Origin: Pelomyxa schiedti | Taxonomy: Eukaryota; Protista; Evosea | DNA: 64,000 nt | Assembly (NCBI GenBank): GCA_020536535.1 | Contig: JAHLWZ010000123.1 | Location: 1-64,000, forward strand | Direction of reading: 5' to 3' | In this document: positions 11,901 through 23,651 of the stretch, piece after piece | How the letters are laid out: each line of letters begins with the position of its first letter | Position numbering within the stretch: position 1 is the stretch's first letter | Made by a program: the position numbers and the translations under genes | Notes under the pieces: generated by a model | Told to the model about the DNA's origin: nothing | Database searches by the model: none | The model's input: only the letters and a program-made list of their open reading frames with translations

Positions 11901-13985
11901 AGAAGAGTTCCAAGCACTGGGCCCCCTTCTGCTTGAAACTTGTCTTTTCATTCACAAAATCAAGGTGTGGCGATTAGTTACTCTAATAGTACTTTTTTTC
12001 ATTGTCTTCACTCCACCAGAATGCTCTATTGACCTGTGAAGAGCGAGAAACCAAAATCTACTTGAATCAAATCTGGATTTTGTTGGAATCACTAGCGGTG
12101 GCACTTTTTGATTCACCTGCTCTGAGCAAACCTTTGAAGGTTTCTCCTTCCCACATTGTACATTTTTGTCACAAATCTAATTCTAAATCAGGGATTCCTC
12201 AGTGTGTTTGCAGCAGTGCCGGACGAGCAGTCTCAAGTAGAAAAGGGGCCTGTACCAAGTAAAAAAAAGCTTTTTTTTCCTGTATTCACTTCCAACGAAA
12301 CACAAGTGAGGTCATTTGAATTGGAAATGGACAGTTTTTCGGAACTGATATGTAGCTCTCATCGCTGGATCAGCTCATTGGCAAAGAATGTTTTCAAGTA
12401 AACTGTACTTAAAAATTATTTCAACTAATAAAATGAAACAGGGCGATGCTACCTTGCATAGTCTGTTACTGGAGCATAAATGGTACATTACCTTACCAGT
12501 GTATATTTCACTTCTCACAGTCCCACAGATCCCGCACACCCATTGTCACAGGTTCTCTACTTCTTCTGAAAATTATTGTTATTAACATTCTGTTTCTATT
12601 AGTCCAACAATCTCAAAGGAAAGGTACTAGTTGCACATCCTCTGTTGCGTTAAACTCACTCTATTTTTTTGTAGAAAAAACCAACCGAAGCCTCACCAAG
12701 TCCAGGAAATCTTGTTAGAGGTATAATGCAAAAGAATGAATGCATCCACTAAAAGAGGAAAGAACATGAAGTGAATTCAGCCTTATTATACTTTATTCAC
12801 AAGTTACCTGAAGCCCCTGCTTTCGCGTTGTATTCTTCTTTTGCAGCTTTTACAATGGAAAATTCTCTTTCAAGCACGACTCAAGAAAGATTGGAGCGGA
12901 CTCTTTCATGCAATAAGCGGTAAGCGGAAATATGGCTGGTACTGTTCTACACTATTGCTCATTTTTCTTTCAAGGGCAACGCGAGAATTGTCAGATACAG
13001 AAACTCAAGCAGCCCAATCTTGTGTGCTTGAACTCATACGCTCCGTTTCTAAATCTACCTGGTCTGGCAACAACATGCAAATTTTCACCTTAGTGGCTCA
13101 GTTATTGGCACCAACACCCTCCGGCACCAAAGTCTTACTCCCAAAGCTGCCCCTCTCTGAAATGGTTCCACTGTTGTTCTCGAGTCCCTGCAACAATTTC
13201 CTTCTGCAAGCAATTGCATCCCTACCACAAGTGGGCACTGCCCTGTCCTTGGAAGTTATCAAGAATATTGCAGAAAAACATCCTGACTGCATGTACAGGA
13301 CATCTGTTGCCCATCATTTTTAATTCTTCCATAGGGCAATTTCTGATAACTTCATACGAGCTCTCCGCTCTGTGACGGTCTCTCTCTATTGCTTTTAAGA
13401 AAAAGATCCAATACTGATTTCTTTTCACAGAAATTACAGGAATCGCTGTGTGGATCCGTTGTAATATTCGGTATGCACTGTAACACCTCTCGGCAATCTC
13501 AACTGAACTTTTCTAGTGAACAGATGCACTGAAATACTGACCGAATCCGCACGCCACAGATTTACATTTGGCAACCCTGTGGCAAAGCTTCTTGGGAGAT
13601 TTTTGTTCCTTTCTTGTTCTGTCAAGGTTCTTTTCGCGTTCTCCAACAAACTTGCACCTCTAATCACCAGAAACAGATTTGGCAAATGCCTCCTGGACTC
13701 TGGGAAGCTGTAAAGAGATGGGAGCAAACACAGGGAACAGGCTACGTTCTGCTCCGCAAGGTACTCAGCCTAATACCTGGGTGTATTGTACCACAACACC
13801 AGCCCCGGCACCCACCTCCGCAACGAGGCCCCAACAACAACCAGTATGCCAACAACACTCCCGCGGCTTCTCCCAGGTTCAACAGACAACAAACTCCCAC
13901 AAGAAAATTCTCCCCACCACGATTCAACAACACTATGCCACGAAGAACACCACCCCGCCAATTCAATCAGAGTAAAAATTTCTAA
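8938..13985 (+). CDS. MYBBP1A / Pol5 (DNA polymerase phi family) nucleolar rRNA-biogenesis protein, multi-exon
   Basis: Spliced peptide HFREFMD|LFWKLTE..VSAAYEMGQFL...DMCYAISRLLKGLGSDSPKAVKGFLLCFVH|LLEIFP matches the family N-terminal motifs as I recall them (REFLDFFWDI; YALKRLITGL). It also has an acidic and RGG-rich N-terminus and many short introns, and ends RQFNQSKNF*. Confidence 0.78.
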
Positions 13986-14038
13986 AAAAAACCCAATTTT
14001 TTTAAAAACTCCATTCAACATTCCTCTTTAGGTTCTAG

Positions 14039-16279
14039 TTATCCTTTGAATACCTTGACCACGGTAGTCACAGCACTGCGGCACAAGGGGCACTGCTTAA
14101 GAGACGAAGCACAGGCGAAACAGCACGTCAAGTGTCCACAAGGAACAAACACAGCATTCCTCACATCAGCCATACAAACAGAACACTCTTCCTCAACAGA
14201 AGGCTTTGCCGCAGTTGCTTCTGGTTTTGGGGGCTCCGGAGTTGGAATTGGTGCTGGCGTCGGACTTGGAGTGGCGACTGAGTGTGTCCCTGTAAACGGC
14301 GGGGGTGGCGGGGGCGGCGCAGCAGGAATTATGGGAGTAGCCGGGATCGCCGGCGTGAGCGGCGGCGGTGTCGGGAGCGCGAGGAGGGACGACGACGGGG
14401 GGCTCGTCGGCGGCACGAGGAAGTTGACTGTGTCCAGGTAGCACAGCGTGAAGTTGCATGCCTCGCAGCACCAGCACAGCACGCCCTTGCAGTTGGACGC
14501 GGTGACCTTCCTGCGGCACCCGCCGACCTCCTGCTGCGCCGCGCACAGCCAGCTGGCCTTGGCCCCGCTCATGGTCAGCGGGTGGTCGTGCAGGTACACG
14601 TTGACCACCGGCGGCAGCGACGAGTTGGCGCTGGCCACGACGCCCACCGGCGGCGGCGCCGACCGGAACAGCGCCACGTCCAGGTCGCACAGGTCAAAGT
14701 CGCACTTCTCGCACCTCCACCTCTTGACGCCCACGTGCGACTTTGGGTGGGTGCCCACTTTGCGCCGGCACGAGCCCACCTCGTGTATGGCGTCGCAGTT
14801 CCACCCGAGCTCGTTGAAGCACTGCGCCAGGGGGTGGGGGTGTATCCACACGCTGACTACGCTGCCTCCCATAATGGGCGGGGGGAGGTAGTGCGGGGGG
14901 CAGCGGTACTGCCCGACGTCCAGGTCGCACAGGTCAAAGTCGCACTCCCTGCACTGCCACCTGCTGACGCCTCGGCAGCTCTTCCCTCCCATTCCCACAA
15001 TGCCTCTCAGGCAAGAACCCGGCTCCGAGCGAGCATCACATATCCATTCACCTTCCGTTCGCGTGGAGTAAAGCGGGTGCTGGTGGATATAGACGCGGAC
15101 CGAGGCCGTCGCCTCCGCGCCGGAACCGGCCCAAGGAGCCGGCACTCGGAAGCTGGCCGCGTCCAAGTCACACAGGTCAAAGTCACAGGCGTCGCACCTC
15201 CAGCGCTGTGTGGTTATGTAATTGGTAGTATTCACGCCCCTCCTGCATCCACCCGGCTGGCGCTCCCCGTCACACCTCCACTCCTGGCCCCTCACTCCAC
15301 ACAGAACCAGAGGGTGCAGGTGCAAGTACACCCAGACCTGCGACACACCCACCCTGAGGCCTCCCGTAACAGTGGGCCTGCTAGGGGAGGAGGCGGAGGA
15401 GGAGGAAGTGCCGACGAGAGCGGAGGATGTTATTTTTGTGGGGGTGAGAGGGAGGGCGGGGGGCTTCGTGGGGGGCGGGGCGAGGTTGTAGGCAGCAACG
15501 TCCAGGTCGCAGAGGTCGTAGTCGCAGAGCTCGCACCTCCACCGCTTGACCCCGCTGCAGGTGCTCGGGGTCACGTTTCCCCTGCAGCCGCTGACCTCCC
15601 GGGCCCCGTCGCACCGCCACAGGGTCCTCCTCGTGTGCAGAACCAGAGGGTGCCTGTGCACGCTGACCCTCACGCTAGTCACCTCGGATTCCGCGGAGGG
15701 CGGCGCGGTCGGGGAGCAGGAAGGAGAGGACGCGGCCGAGGCCGAGGCCGCGGCGGCGGCTGGGGAGCTGGGGGGCGCCCGGGGCATGGAGGCGGGGATG
15801 GGGGCGCTGGAGGGGTAGGAGTAGTAGCGGGCGACGTCGAGGTCGCACAGGTCGAAGTTGCACTGCTCGCAGCGCCAGTGGGCGACGCCCGAGCACGTCT
15901 CGTAGGTGACGGAGCGCGGGCACCCGCGGGCCAGCCGGGCCCCGTCGCAGAGCCACAGCCCGCGCCCGGCCCCGCTGTCCGTCGGCGTGCGCCACAGCGC
16001 CAGCGGGTGCGGGTGCACCGAGACGCACGCCACGCTGCCGCACGCCATCGCGTCCACGTCGCACAGGTCGAAGGGGTCCAGCGCCGCCGCGCAGTCCGCG
16101 CAAGTCCAGCGCTGCACCCCGTTCCCGGTGAAGTAGTTGGTGACCCCGCGCGTGCACCCCTGCGGCGCCCGGCACGCCCAGCCCTGCCCCCGCGGCGCCG
16201 GCCTCAGAGTGTGCACGTGCGCTGCCCCGGCTCCGGGAAACGACGGCGCGTTGAAACTCGGTGGCGATGTCGATGACAT
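14039..16279 (-). CDS. RING-finger (IAP/RING-HC type) putative E3 ligase with 7 tandem Cys/His zinc-finger repeats, 746 aa, intronless
   Basis: C-terminal CSVC..CGHLTCCFACA..CPLCR RING. Seven HxHxL..WxC..GC..WxCxxC(D/N)FDLCDLD repeats resemble DC1/ZZ-like fingers. Start taken at MSSTSPP. Confidence 0.88.
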   Translation of the reverse strand: MSSTSPPSFNAPSFPGAGAAHVHTLRPAPRGQGWACRAPQGCTRGVTNYFTGNGVQRWTCADCAAALDPFDLCDVDAMACGSVACVSVHPHPLALWRTPTDSGAGRGLWLCDGARLARGCPRSVTYETCSGVAHWRCEQCNFDLCDLDVARYYSYPSSAPIPASMPRAPPSSPAAAAASASAASSPSCSPTAPPSAESEVTSVRVSVHRHPLVLHTRRTLWRCDGAREVSGCRGNVTPSTCSGVKRWRCELCDYDLCDLDVAAYNLAPPPTKPPALPLTPTKITSSALVGTSSSSASSPSRPTVTGGLRVGVSQVWVYLHLHPLVLCGVRGQEWRCDGERQPGGCRRGVNTTNYITTQRWRCDACDFDLCDLDAASFRVPAPWAGSGAEATASVRVYIHQHPLYSTRTEGEWICDARSEPGSCLRGIVGMGGKSCRGVSRWQCRECDFDLCDLDVGQYRCPPHYLPPPIMGGSVVSVWIHPHPLAQCFNELGWNCDAIHEVGSCRRKVGTHPKSHVGVKRWRCEKCDFDLCDLDVALFRSAPPPVGVVASANSSLPPVVNVYLHDHPLTMSGAKASWLCAAQQEVGGCRRKVTASNCKGVLCWCCEACNFTLCYLDTVNFLVPPTSPPSSSLLALPTPPPLTPAIPATPIIPAAPPPPPPPFTGTHSVATPSPTPAPIPTPEPPKPEATAAKPSVEEECSVCMADVRNAVFVPCGHLTCCFACASSLKQCPLCRSAVTTVVKVFKG

Positions 16280-16572
16280 TTCGAAACGAAAACTTTTTTT
16301 TTTTTTTTTGGTTTTTAAAGGTTTTTTCTGTTGGGTGCTTGTTCTCAAAAAAATCACAAGTGTAAGGAAAAAGGGTGCCATCAAAGATGGCTAAGTGCAG
16401 GAACAAGGAATCAAGAATAGCCCAATCTGAAATGCTGGGTTCTTCTAAATCAACTTTGTTGGGAAGTAAGTTCCGAGCTAAGGTGGATCGCTGCGATTCG
16501 TTTTCTTAGTCTCATTTCAGCCGTTTGTGTTCGTTTTGTTTGGAGCTGTATTCATTAGAATTGACATAGCAC

Positions 16573-17920
16573 ATGGAACACAAGGTGTGCCCTTCGTACC
16601 CAATTCTCGTTTGTATTCAAGTGGCTAGGTGTTGACTCTACATTTTGGAATATGTTGGTTGCATGGGTTTTTTTTTTATGTCGTTGTAGTGTTTGTATTA
16701 TGTTTGTACTTATTTATTTTGTAGCTTCTAGAGGGACTGCAGAGAGACTTGGATGACATGAGGCAACAGAGGGACGCACTGCGCACACAGTTGCAGTCCA
16801 TCGAACCTTCTGCGCCTCATATGAGCCTGGGCTTTGCCCTCACCCGTGTACAGGTGCGTGTAATTGCCAGAGTGGGATTTGGGAAGGGGGAATTTTACGC
16901 GTAGTTAACCTGCGTGACAATGTGAAGGAATTGGAGCAAGTACTTCTTGGTTTGGCGAAGGCTGATAGTGATAAGAGAAAATCAGTACAAGACCTGGAGC
17001 AAAAAGTGGCACTCCTTCAGGAGCAGCTCACTGATTCAGAGAATCGAAGAATAGTGGCTGAGCAAGAAGTGATTATGATGCGGGCAAAAGTGAAAGCTCT
17101 GGAAGATGCCAACCATTCAGAACTTTTGTCTTCTTCGGCTCCTCATACTCCTCGCTCCTCTGTCTCTCCGTTGCGCGCGCCAGTCCATCGGTCACATTCT
17201 GCTACATCTCCTTCACTTCCTGTACTCTCCTCTTCCACTTTTTAAGAAGGATTCTCATAATTTTTTTTAGCTCCCCTCGCCTAGGCCAGCTTCCACTATT
17301 ATAGTGCCACCACGAACATGTTCTATTGATAACACTCCCAATACCCCGCCAGTGTCTTCTGAGCAAAGTGATCAAAATTCCCCCTCAACAAGCAACGGGG
17401 CACACCAATCTACAGAAAGGAAGCTGCGCTTTATTTTTACCAACATTTCCATTAAATTCGAAGTATTCTGTTCAAACGTATTTGATACGATGCTAACACC
17501 AAAAAGGAAATTGCGCAGAGAATAGACCAAGCTCAGCCACCTTACACGCAAGCCGTGACAGAAGCAATCACCGCGTTACCGGCAATACGACGGGTACTAA
17601 TATTCCGCAACCTTTATCCAATAAATAAAACTTTCTACTAGTCTTTAGCCGATGTTGTTTTGGATTCTCCACCACAACCATCATCCTCCAAAACTGAATC
17701 TCGATCCATGTTAACCTCTGTTTTACAGTATGAAACTGCATTTCATTCCTTTTTATTTATTTCATCCAGTGAAACTCGCGCGAAACTCAAGAAAATAATT
17801 CATGATTTGGAAGAGGGCACTGATCCTTCAGGTGAAAAACTGCGGAAATACGTTGGCATGGCTAGAGACATTGCCACAATCTCTGCTTTCCAACAGATAA
17901 CTATACCCTCAACACCTTGA
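16573..17920 (+). CDS. Hypothetical coiled-coil protein, multi-exon (boundaries approximate)
   Basis: Heptad-rich exons (LQRDLDDMRQQRDALRTQLQ; ELEQVLLGLAKADSDKRKSVQDLEQKVALLQEQL) separated by GT-AG introns. Confidence 0.6.
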
Positions 17921-18036
17921 CATCACCTCTCCACTATGCACTAAGAGCCAACTACATAGCCGTAGTTGAACAGTTGTAACTATATAGCTTTGTACTAAAA
18001 TTCAATTCCAAAAATTCGTTCCATTTTTCTTTTTTT

Positions 18037-21000
18037 TTAAACAGATTCGAATGCCTCGATCAGTGCCACTGCTTGCTGGATTTCAAACGTTTCTAAAAAG
18101 GTGTCAGTCTAAAATATGAGAAAGCACAGGAGTACCATTCTCATTTTGTGCCGCATCAATCTTTGAAGCAACTTCCTCCAGAGGCAATTCAAACTTGCAC
18201 ACTTGAACAACAGTTGCAGAGAGGTCTCGGAACTGTGTGGGTGTTAATGGCAAGAGTTTTTACAAAGGAAGCATTAAAACCAGAGATGGAACAGTGAGCA
18301 TTGTGGGATGAGCACACCGCTGCATTACATACTGAAGGGACAATAAAAGTGGGTTTTCCACTATGGAAGGTCAGAAAAAAGAGACATGATAAGAGGAAGT
18401 ACTTTGGGTGGTCTCCCGTAAGAAAGTTGGCCAGGAAAGAACGCAAGTGCTCATACAAAGGATAGGAAATTCGTTTGTTGATTTCGCGTTGCAGTGTGAA
18501 AGAAATATGTTATAAACAAGAATTCGGGCATGCTCTAGATAGGGGTTCCCTTGCGAGCATAAAATTTTGGTCAAAACGCGACTGTAAATATATTACTAAG
18601 GAACAGAAAAAGTATTTATTACCTCAGTGCTGAGGCAGACAATATGGGCATAGGGGGTGATTTGTGAGTAATTTTCTGTATTGCCCATCGGAAGAAGTCA
18701 AGTAACACTGTTCCCTTAAGTTTACAATTACACATAAATGCCAAAGAAGTCTGAGACTGACAGTTGACTTGTTTTCAATTAAACGTGCCACCAGAGCACA
18801 TAATACAGATTCTTTCATCCCCATTTCATCACCCATATTAGCCGTTTGAGGAGGGTGACCAGCCAGTACAAGCTTCAACCTTCTTCAAGTGAAGATGTTA
18901 CTGGAGACTATTTTTGGAATACAAACCGTAAAACATCATTGGGAGTCATTATTAACTGCTGGCAATATCTTCCCAACGCCTCCGGCAGAGAACTTATACA
19001 GTCCGCCACGGGATCAATTATATCAGTCAGAACTTGGCAAAGAGACACATGCGACAAACCTGAAAGCCGGCGAACAACATCTGTTGGATGGTTAAAGATG
19101 ATGTGATTGAAAGACTTACAGTCCACTCCGGTTTCGCCTGGAAGTCGGGAAATCCTAGTTGAAGCAATGTGTTGTGATAATGTTGGAGGTGGTTGAAGAC
19201 CATGGGAGGGTTCTGTCCTGCATTCGCGTGGGGGATGAGAGGGGTGTTGATTTGATTTCGGAAGTGAAACTTCATGCCCTTGCCGGGTGCATGACCCTGG
19301 TTCACTTGACGGAACTGAGCCAGGAGTAGGTGGGGTTGACTCGACAGGAATAGGGTTAGAGGTCATGGAATTAAGAGGTGGGTGTTGAGGTGTTGTGTGA
19401 CTTCTACCGTGGCGTCGTTTAGGGGTAGCTTTAGCATTTGCATTGTGTTCTTTGCTTGTAGTTGTAGTTGTAGTTGTAGTTATAGTTGTAGAAGATGTAG
19501 TTTGAGAACCCATAGTATCCGGGCTGTTGGGAACATGATGTTCTTTGGCAATGGTGGGGTCTATTTCAATAGTTGAATGTTCTTGTGTGCTTGATTGGGA
19601 GATTGTCCTTGTGCTTACTTGTCTAGGTTTTGGTACATGAGTACTGGTTTTCTGAGGTCGCTGTCCTTCTATAATTTCTGGTTGGGTGGGAGTGGGAGTG
19701 GGAAGTTCATCGCTGTTTCTAGGCTCATCGTCACACCAAAAATCATTCTCTTTTACCTACAAAGACGGTAAAACGAGATGGTTTCCGAAAATATAGGACC
19801 TTGACGCCACTATCTACTCCCGGGGAGTAGACTCCCACAGGGGTAGAGTCCACATCAACAGTATCATTCCCCTCATCCTTTAAAAGGAGTCTGTGAGAGT
19901 GTTGGAGTTGTGCCACAAGACCGTGAAGGTGCTTCCTATCGGTTTCTAAAGTCTTCACTGTGGAATTTCTTCCTCCATAAATACATAATTAGATCGACAA
20001 CATAAAGCTAAGAGATACCTAAACGAAATAGTTTTCTTCAAACTAGCAACCTTGTCTTCAAGTCTTGCAATTGTGTCTGATGCTTCATGCAGCGAATCTA
20101 TTTCCACTTGCAGTTGCTCACTGTACTTCTAAATACGGATAGATTATTGGGATTGTTATGTTTGAGGAATATTTAAGTCTTCACATCAAGGGAGAATAGG
20201 ATAGATGAAACCTTTTGGGCAGCTGCAGATTGTTGTGCCTTGCTGGCTTCTTCTTGGAGATTCGTAAGCTGTTTTTTAAGGTCGGAATTCTCCTTTCGCA
20301 GGCAAATATACAAGTCGTCAGAGGAAAGCTCAGAGAGCATCTGCACAAAGTGAAAATAGTTAAATGTGCAATTTGACTTACAGTTTCCAACTGTGAATTG
20401 AAGGCTTGGCTCTTTTGTTGCAGCAAAGCCTTATAATTTGATTTGACAGTCTTCAATTCTTCAGAAAATAGGTGAGATAACGCCGCACCAACGCAATGCA
20501 AAGGACACACCGTCGACAAGGACGCTATTGTCTGCCAGCATCCCCTTGACAACAGCAGCATTTCTGCGAAGGACATCGATGGTGTGATGTGCTGCAGCCA
20601 GCTTCTCCCTCAGGTTAGCGCACGATGCACAACACGAACCGCCTGTGACTCCTCGCTCCGCTTCTTCTCCCATCCCTGTCAGAGTTTCAGCTGCATTTCC
20701 TATTATCGTTCCAGTTTCGGTCGCAGGTGCCAGACCAGTCCCAGGAGTCTGATCAGGGGATGGGGATAGTGAGGTTCCAGTTCCAATGACAATTCCAGTC
20801 CCAATTTGGATGTCAGTTCCAGGCCTAGTGCCAATTCTATCTGTAGGTTCTGCACTCCTGGTCAAACAGGAATCAATTCCGTTGCTGGTGACACCGGTGT
20901 CCACAGGTGTCGAAACACTGGGGGGAGGCGGTGTCGTCCCACAATTGCCGTTGGCAGGCCGCCGCTGTTGGCTCCTGGCGACGCCCCCGCAGCCGCCGTC

Positions 21001-21390
21001 GCCTCCACTGCCCCCTGTAGGCGGCGGCGTCGCGGTCCTGGCGCTCGCGCACGTGGTGTTGGGACTCTTGGCCGCCGCACTACCCGTGGCGCCGCAGGGG
21101 GCCGCCGCCGCGGCGGTGGCTGGGGGCGTGCTCCGGGGAGCCTGGGGCTGGCGCACAGGCTGGCCGGGCGCCCGAGTGTCCGGGGCTGCCGTCGAGCCCG
21201 ACGCCGGGGCCGACGCCGGGGCCGACGCCGGGGCCCCGGTGCTGGCGGTAGCCGGGACGAGCGGGAGAGGCAGAGGGGAGAGAACCCCTTGAGGAGTGCT
21301 CGTGTCGCTGTTGTTGGGTGTGGGAGGTTGCTGCATGGAATCGTCGGCAGCGGTGCACCCAGTTCGTCGTCGTTTAGGTGGCGGGTTCAT
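18037..21390 (-). CDS. Nuclear coiled-coil protein, possibly ICE1-like (little elongation complex subunit 1), multi-exon
   Basis: N-terminal NLS PPPKRRR, then CASCANL followed by a coiled coil, a disordered middle, and a C-terminal helical domain containing spliced ALSRVLTKILCSQGNPYLEHARILVYNI. Confidence 0.5.
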
Positions 21391-21609
21391 TGTTGTATCT
21401 GGAAGAATTTCCCTCCTCAGTCTGGCTGAGAGGAACGCCGACCAAATATCCAGAGCTTATGTGTGGTGAGGCAGTTCCTCCAGTCGCGGGTCCAATCTCC
21501 AAATCAGCTGATTCCCTGAAAGAAAAACGTAAGGTTTTTTCTTCTTTTGTAGATTCGGAGAAGTCATTGAGTAGCTTTGATTGTTGGTTGTGCTACGTAG
21601 CCCCCGCGA

Positions 21610-22245
21610 ATGTCCAAGGCAACGAGCAAGTCCGGGTACCAGGCAGTACCCAAGACAAACCCCACCCCCAAAACATCCGCGAGTGCCACAACCAAGTCCA
21701 CGTCAGCGACAACCAAGTCGACGACGACTGCGGCCTCCAAGTCGGCCACGACCAAGGCGGCTGCTTCTACGACGACGACGGCGGCGGCCAAGGGCACGCC
21801 CACGGCGGCGTCGGCGACATCCAAGACGGCGAAGCCCGCCGCGAGCACGACGACGACGGCGGCGGCCCCGGCGCCGGCAAAGGGCAAGGCGAAGATGGCG
21901 TCGGCGTCCAAGTTCTCGCTGGGGAGGAAGAAGCAGCAGGAGAAGAAGGAGGAGCCGCCGGCGAAGGAAAACAAGGCGCAGAAGATTCTGGAGGAGGTGG
22001 AGGAGACCAAGGCGGTCATGGCGGACAACATCAACATAATGCTTGCCAACCAGGAGAAGCTGGAGGACCTGGAGGATTCCACTGGCAAGATGGCCCAGAA
22101 TGCTCTGCAGTTCAAAAAGAACGCGACGGAAATCAAGAAGGAAATGAGGTGCAAAAACTGGAAACTCACCTGCATTATTGTGTCTCTCGTAGTTGGTGGA
22201 ATCCTGGTCTGTGCTTGCCTGGTCATTATCCCATTTGTTATGTGA
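21610..22245 (+). CDS. Synaptobrevin/VAMP-type SNARE with a Thr/Ala/Lys-rich N-terminal extension
   Basis: EVEETKAVMADNINIMLANQEKLEDLED...ALQFKKNA..KKEMRCKNWKL followed by a C-terminal transmembrane helix. Confidence 0.9.
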   Translation: MSKATSKSGYQAVPKTNPTPKTSASATTKSTSATTKSTTTAASKSATTKAAASTTTTAAAKGTPTAASATSKTAKPAASTTTTAAAPAPAKGKAKMASASKFSLGRKKQQEKKEEPPAKENKAQKILEEVEETKAVMADNINIMLANQEKLEDLEDSTGKMAQNALQFKKNATEIKKEMRCKNWKLTCIIVSLVVGGILVCACLVIIPFVM

Positions 22246-22420
22246 AAAAAAATAAAATTAGTTTTGTTGGTTCGTCTGGCACCCTCCTTCTTTTTGCTTT
22301 CCCAACACCGTCGACTTGGCATTATTCCCCCGAATCAGTGTCATCAGTTGCAGAGAGATCCAGATCTGGAAAAGGAAAAACAAAAAAACTTGGTGCTGTG
22401 GCCCGGGTTGCTGACGTACA

Positions 22421-23319
22421 ATGGACCGAGCCGAATACGAAGATGTTGCGGAAGAGGAGGGAGACCTAGAGGAAGATCTTGCAGCGGCTATTAAAAGAGG
22501 GCCACCAGTTCACGTAGATCCGTCTAGAGCGGGTGCCGGCTCGTCGATTCCTCCACCTCCAGATCCTGTGTGTTTGTGCTTCACTTACTTTAATAAAATG
22601 AAGCTTATTGGCTTGTATTTTTCTCGCCTTACTTACTTTTCGCCCAGGCGTTTGAAGAACTAAAGCAAGGTTTGCAAACTATGGAAGCTGAGGTTCAACA
22701 ACTCGCGGTGATACAAAGGCAACAGGAGCAACAGATGCAAGGCGGGGCTGCTACCCATGCTAACAAGGCCGAAGTCGATGCCAAGTCTGTCTTTGTTGCA
22801 AATGTATGTTTTCTCCTCACCTGGCCAATGTACTTCGTTTCCTTAATGTATTCTCAGGTTGACTGGTCTGCCACTCCAGAGGAAATCCAAGCACACTTCC
22901 TTCAATGTGGCAAAGTGAGCCGCGTCACTATTATGTATGATCAGTTCACCAGCCGACCAAAAGGATTTGCGTATGTGGAATTTCTTGAAAAAGAGAGTGT
23001 AGCAAATGCCCTGGCCCTCACTGGCTCTGAGTTCAAGGGACGACAATTGAAAGTAGGCCCCGTCTTTTCATACACAACATTTTGATAAGGCACTAGGTCA
23101 TACTCAAACGCACCAATATCCCTGGCTTTAAGTCACGCAGGAGGAGGCGTTTTGCATCTCCATATGATTTCCCACCTGCTGCCTGTAAGTTTTTTTTTTT
23201 TGTAACAGTTCCTTTCGCTAAGCTTTTCCACAGACTTCCCCTGGATGCCAGCGCCAATGCCCATGGCCCGCCCAAGGTTCCGCGCTCGGAGGAATGCTAG
23301 CTATCACCCCTACTCTTAG
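22421..23319 (+). CDS. PABPN1: Nuclear poly(A)-binding protein 2, multi-exon
   Basis: Acidic N-terminus and coiled coil, RRM EVDAKSVFVAN|VDWSATPEEIQAHFLQCGKVSRVTI..PKGFAYVEF, KRTNIPG, C-terminal YHPYS*. Confidence 0.9.
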
Positions 23320-23651
23320 TGGACACTGTTATGTTGCAAAGTTACTAGGTAGACCTCCACTTTTTGGTGGTGTCGAAAGACATAGGGTCAAATTAAACAA
23401 AACAAAAAACAACCTACCCAACTCAATGCACGCAAGTCCATTTTAAAACCACAAATTGAACAATGATCCATAAAAAAACAAAAGAAACCTGACAAACCAA
23501 AAGAAACAACAAAAAAAAGAAAATGGAAGAAACCATTAAAATAAAGTAAGAAAACAAAGAAGAAAAAAGGTTTCCTTTCTACTACCCACACAATTCTTTA
23601 TTTCGTTGCTTTTCACTTTGGTTTTTCTTGTCCTCCTTCGAGTTCTGAAGT

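Noticed and set aside
14282-16276. 664-aa plus-strand ORF
   Set aside because: Antisense shadow of the GC-rich RING/zinc-finger gene; no motifs of its own.
21378-22469. 363-aa plus-strand and 252-aa minus-strand ORFs overlapping the VAMP
   Set aside because: Alternative-frame shadows in stop-poor GC-rich sequence.
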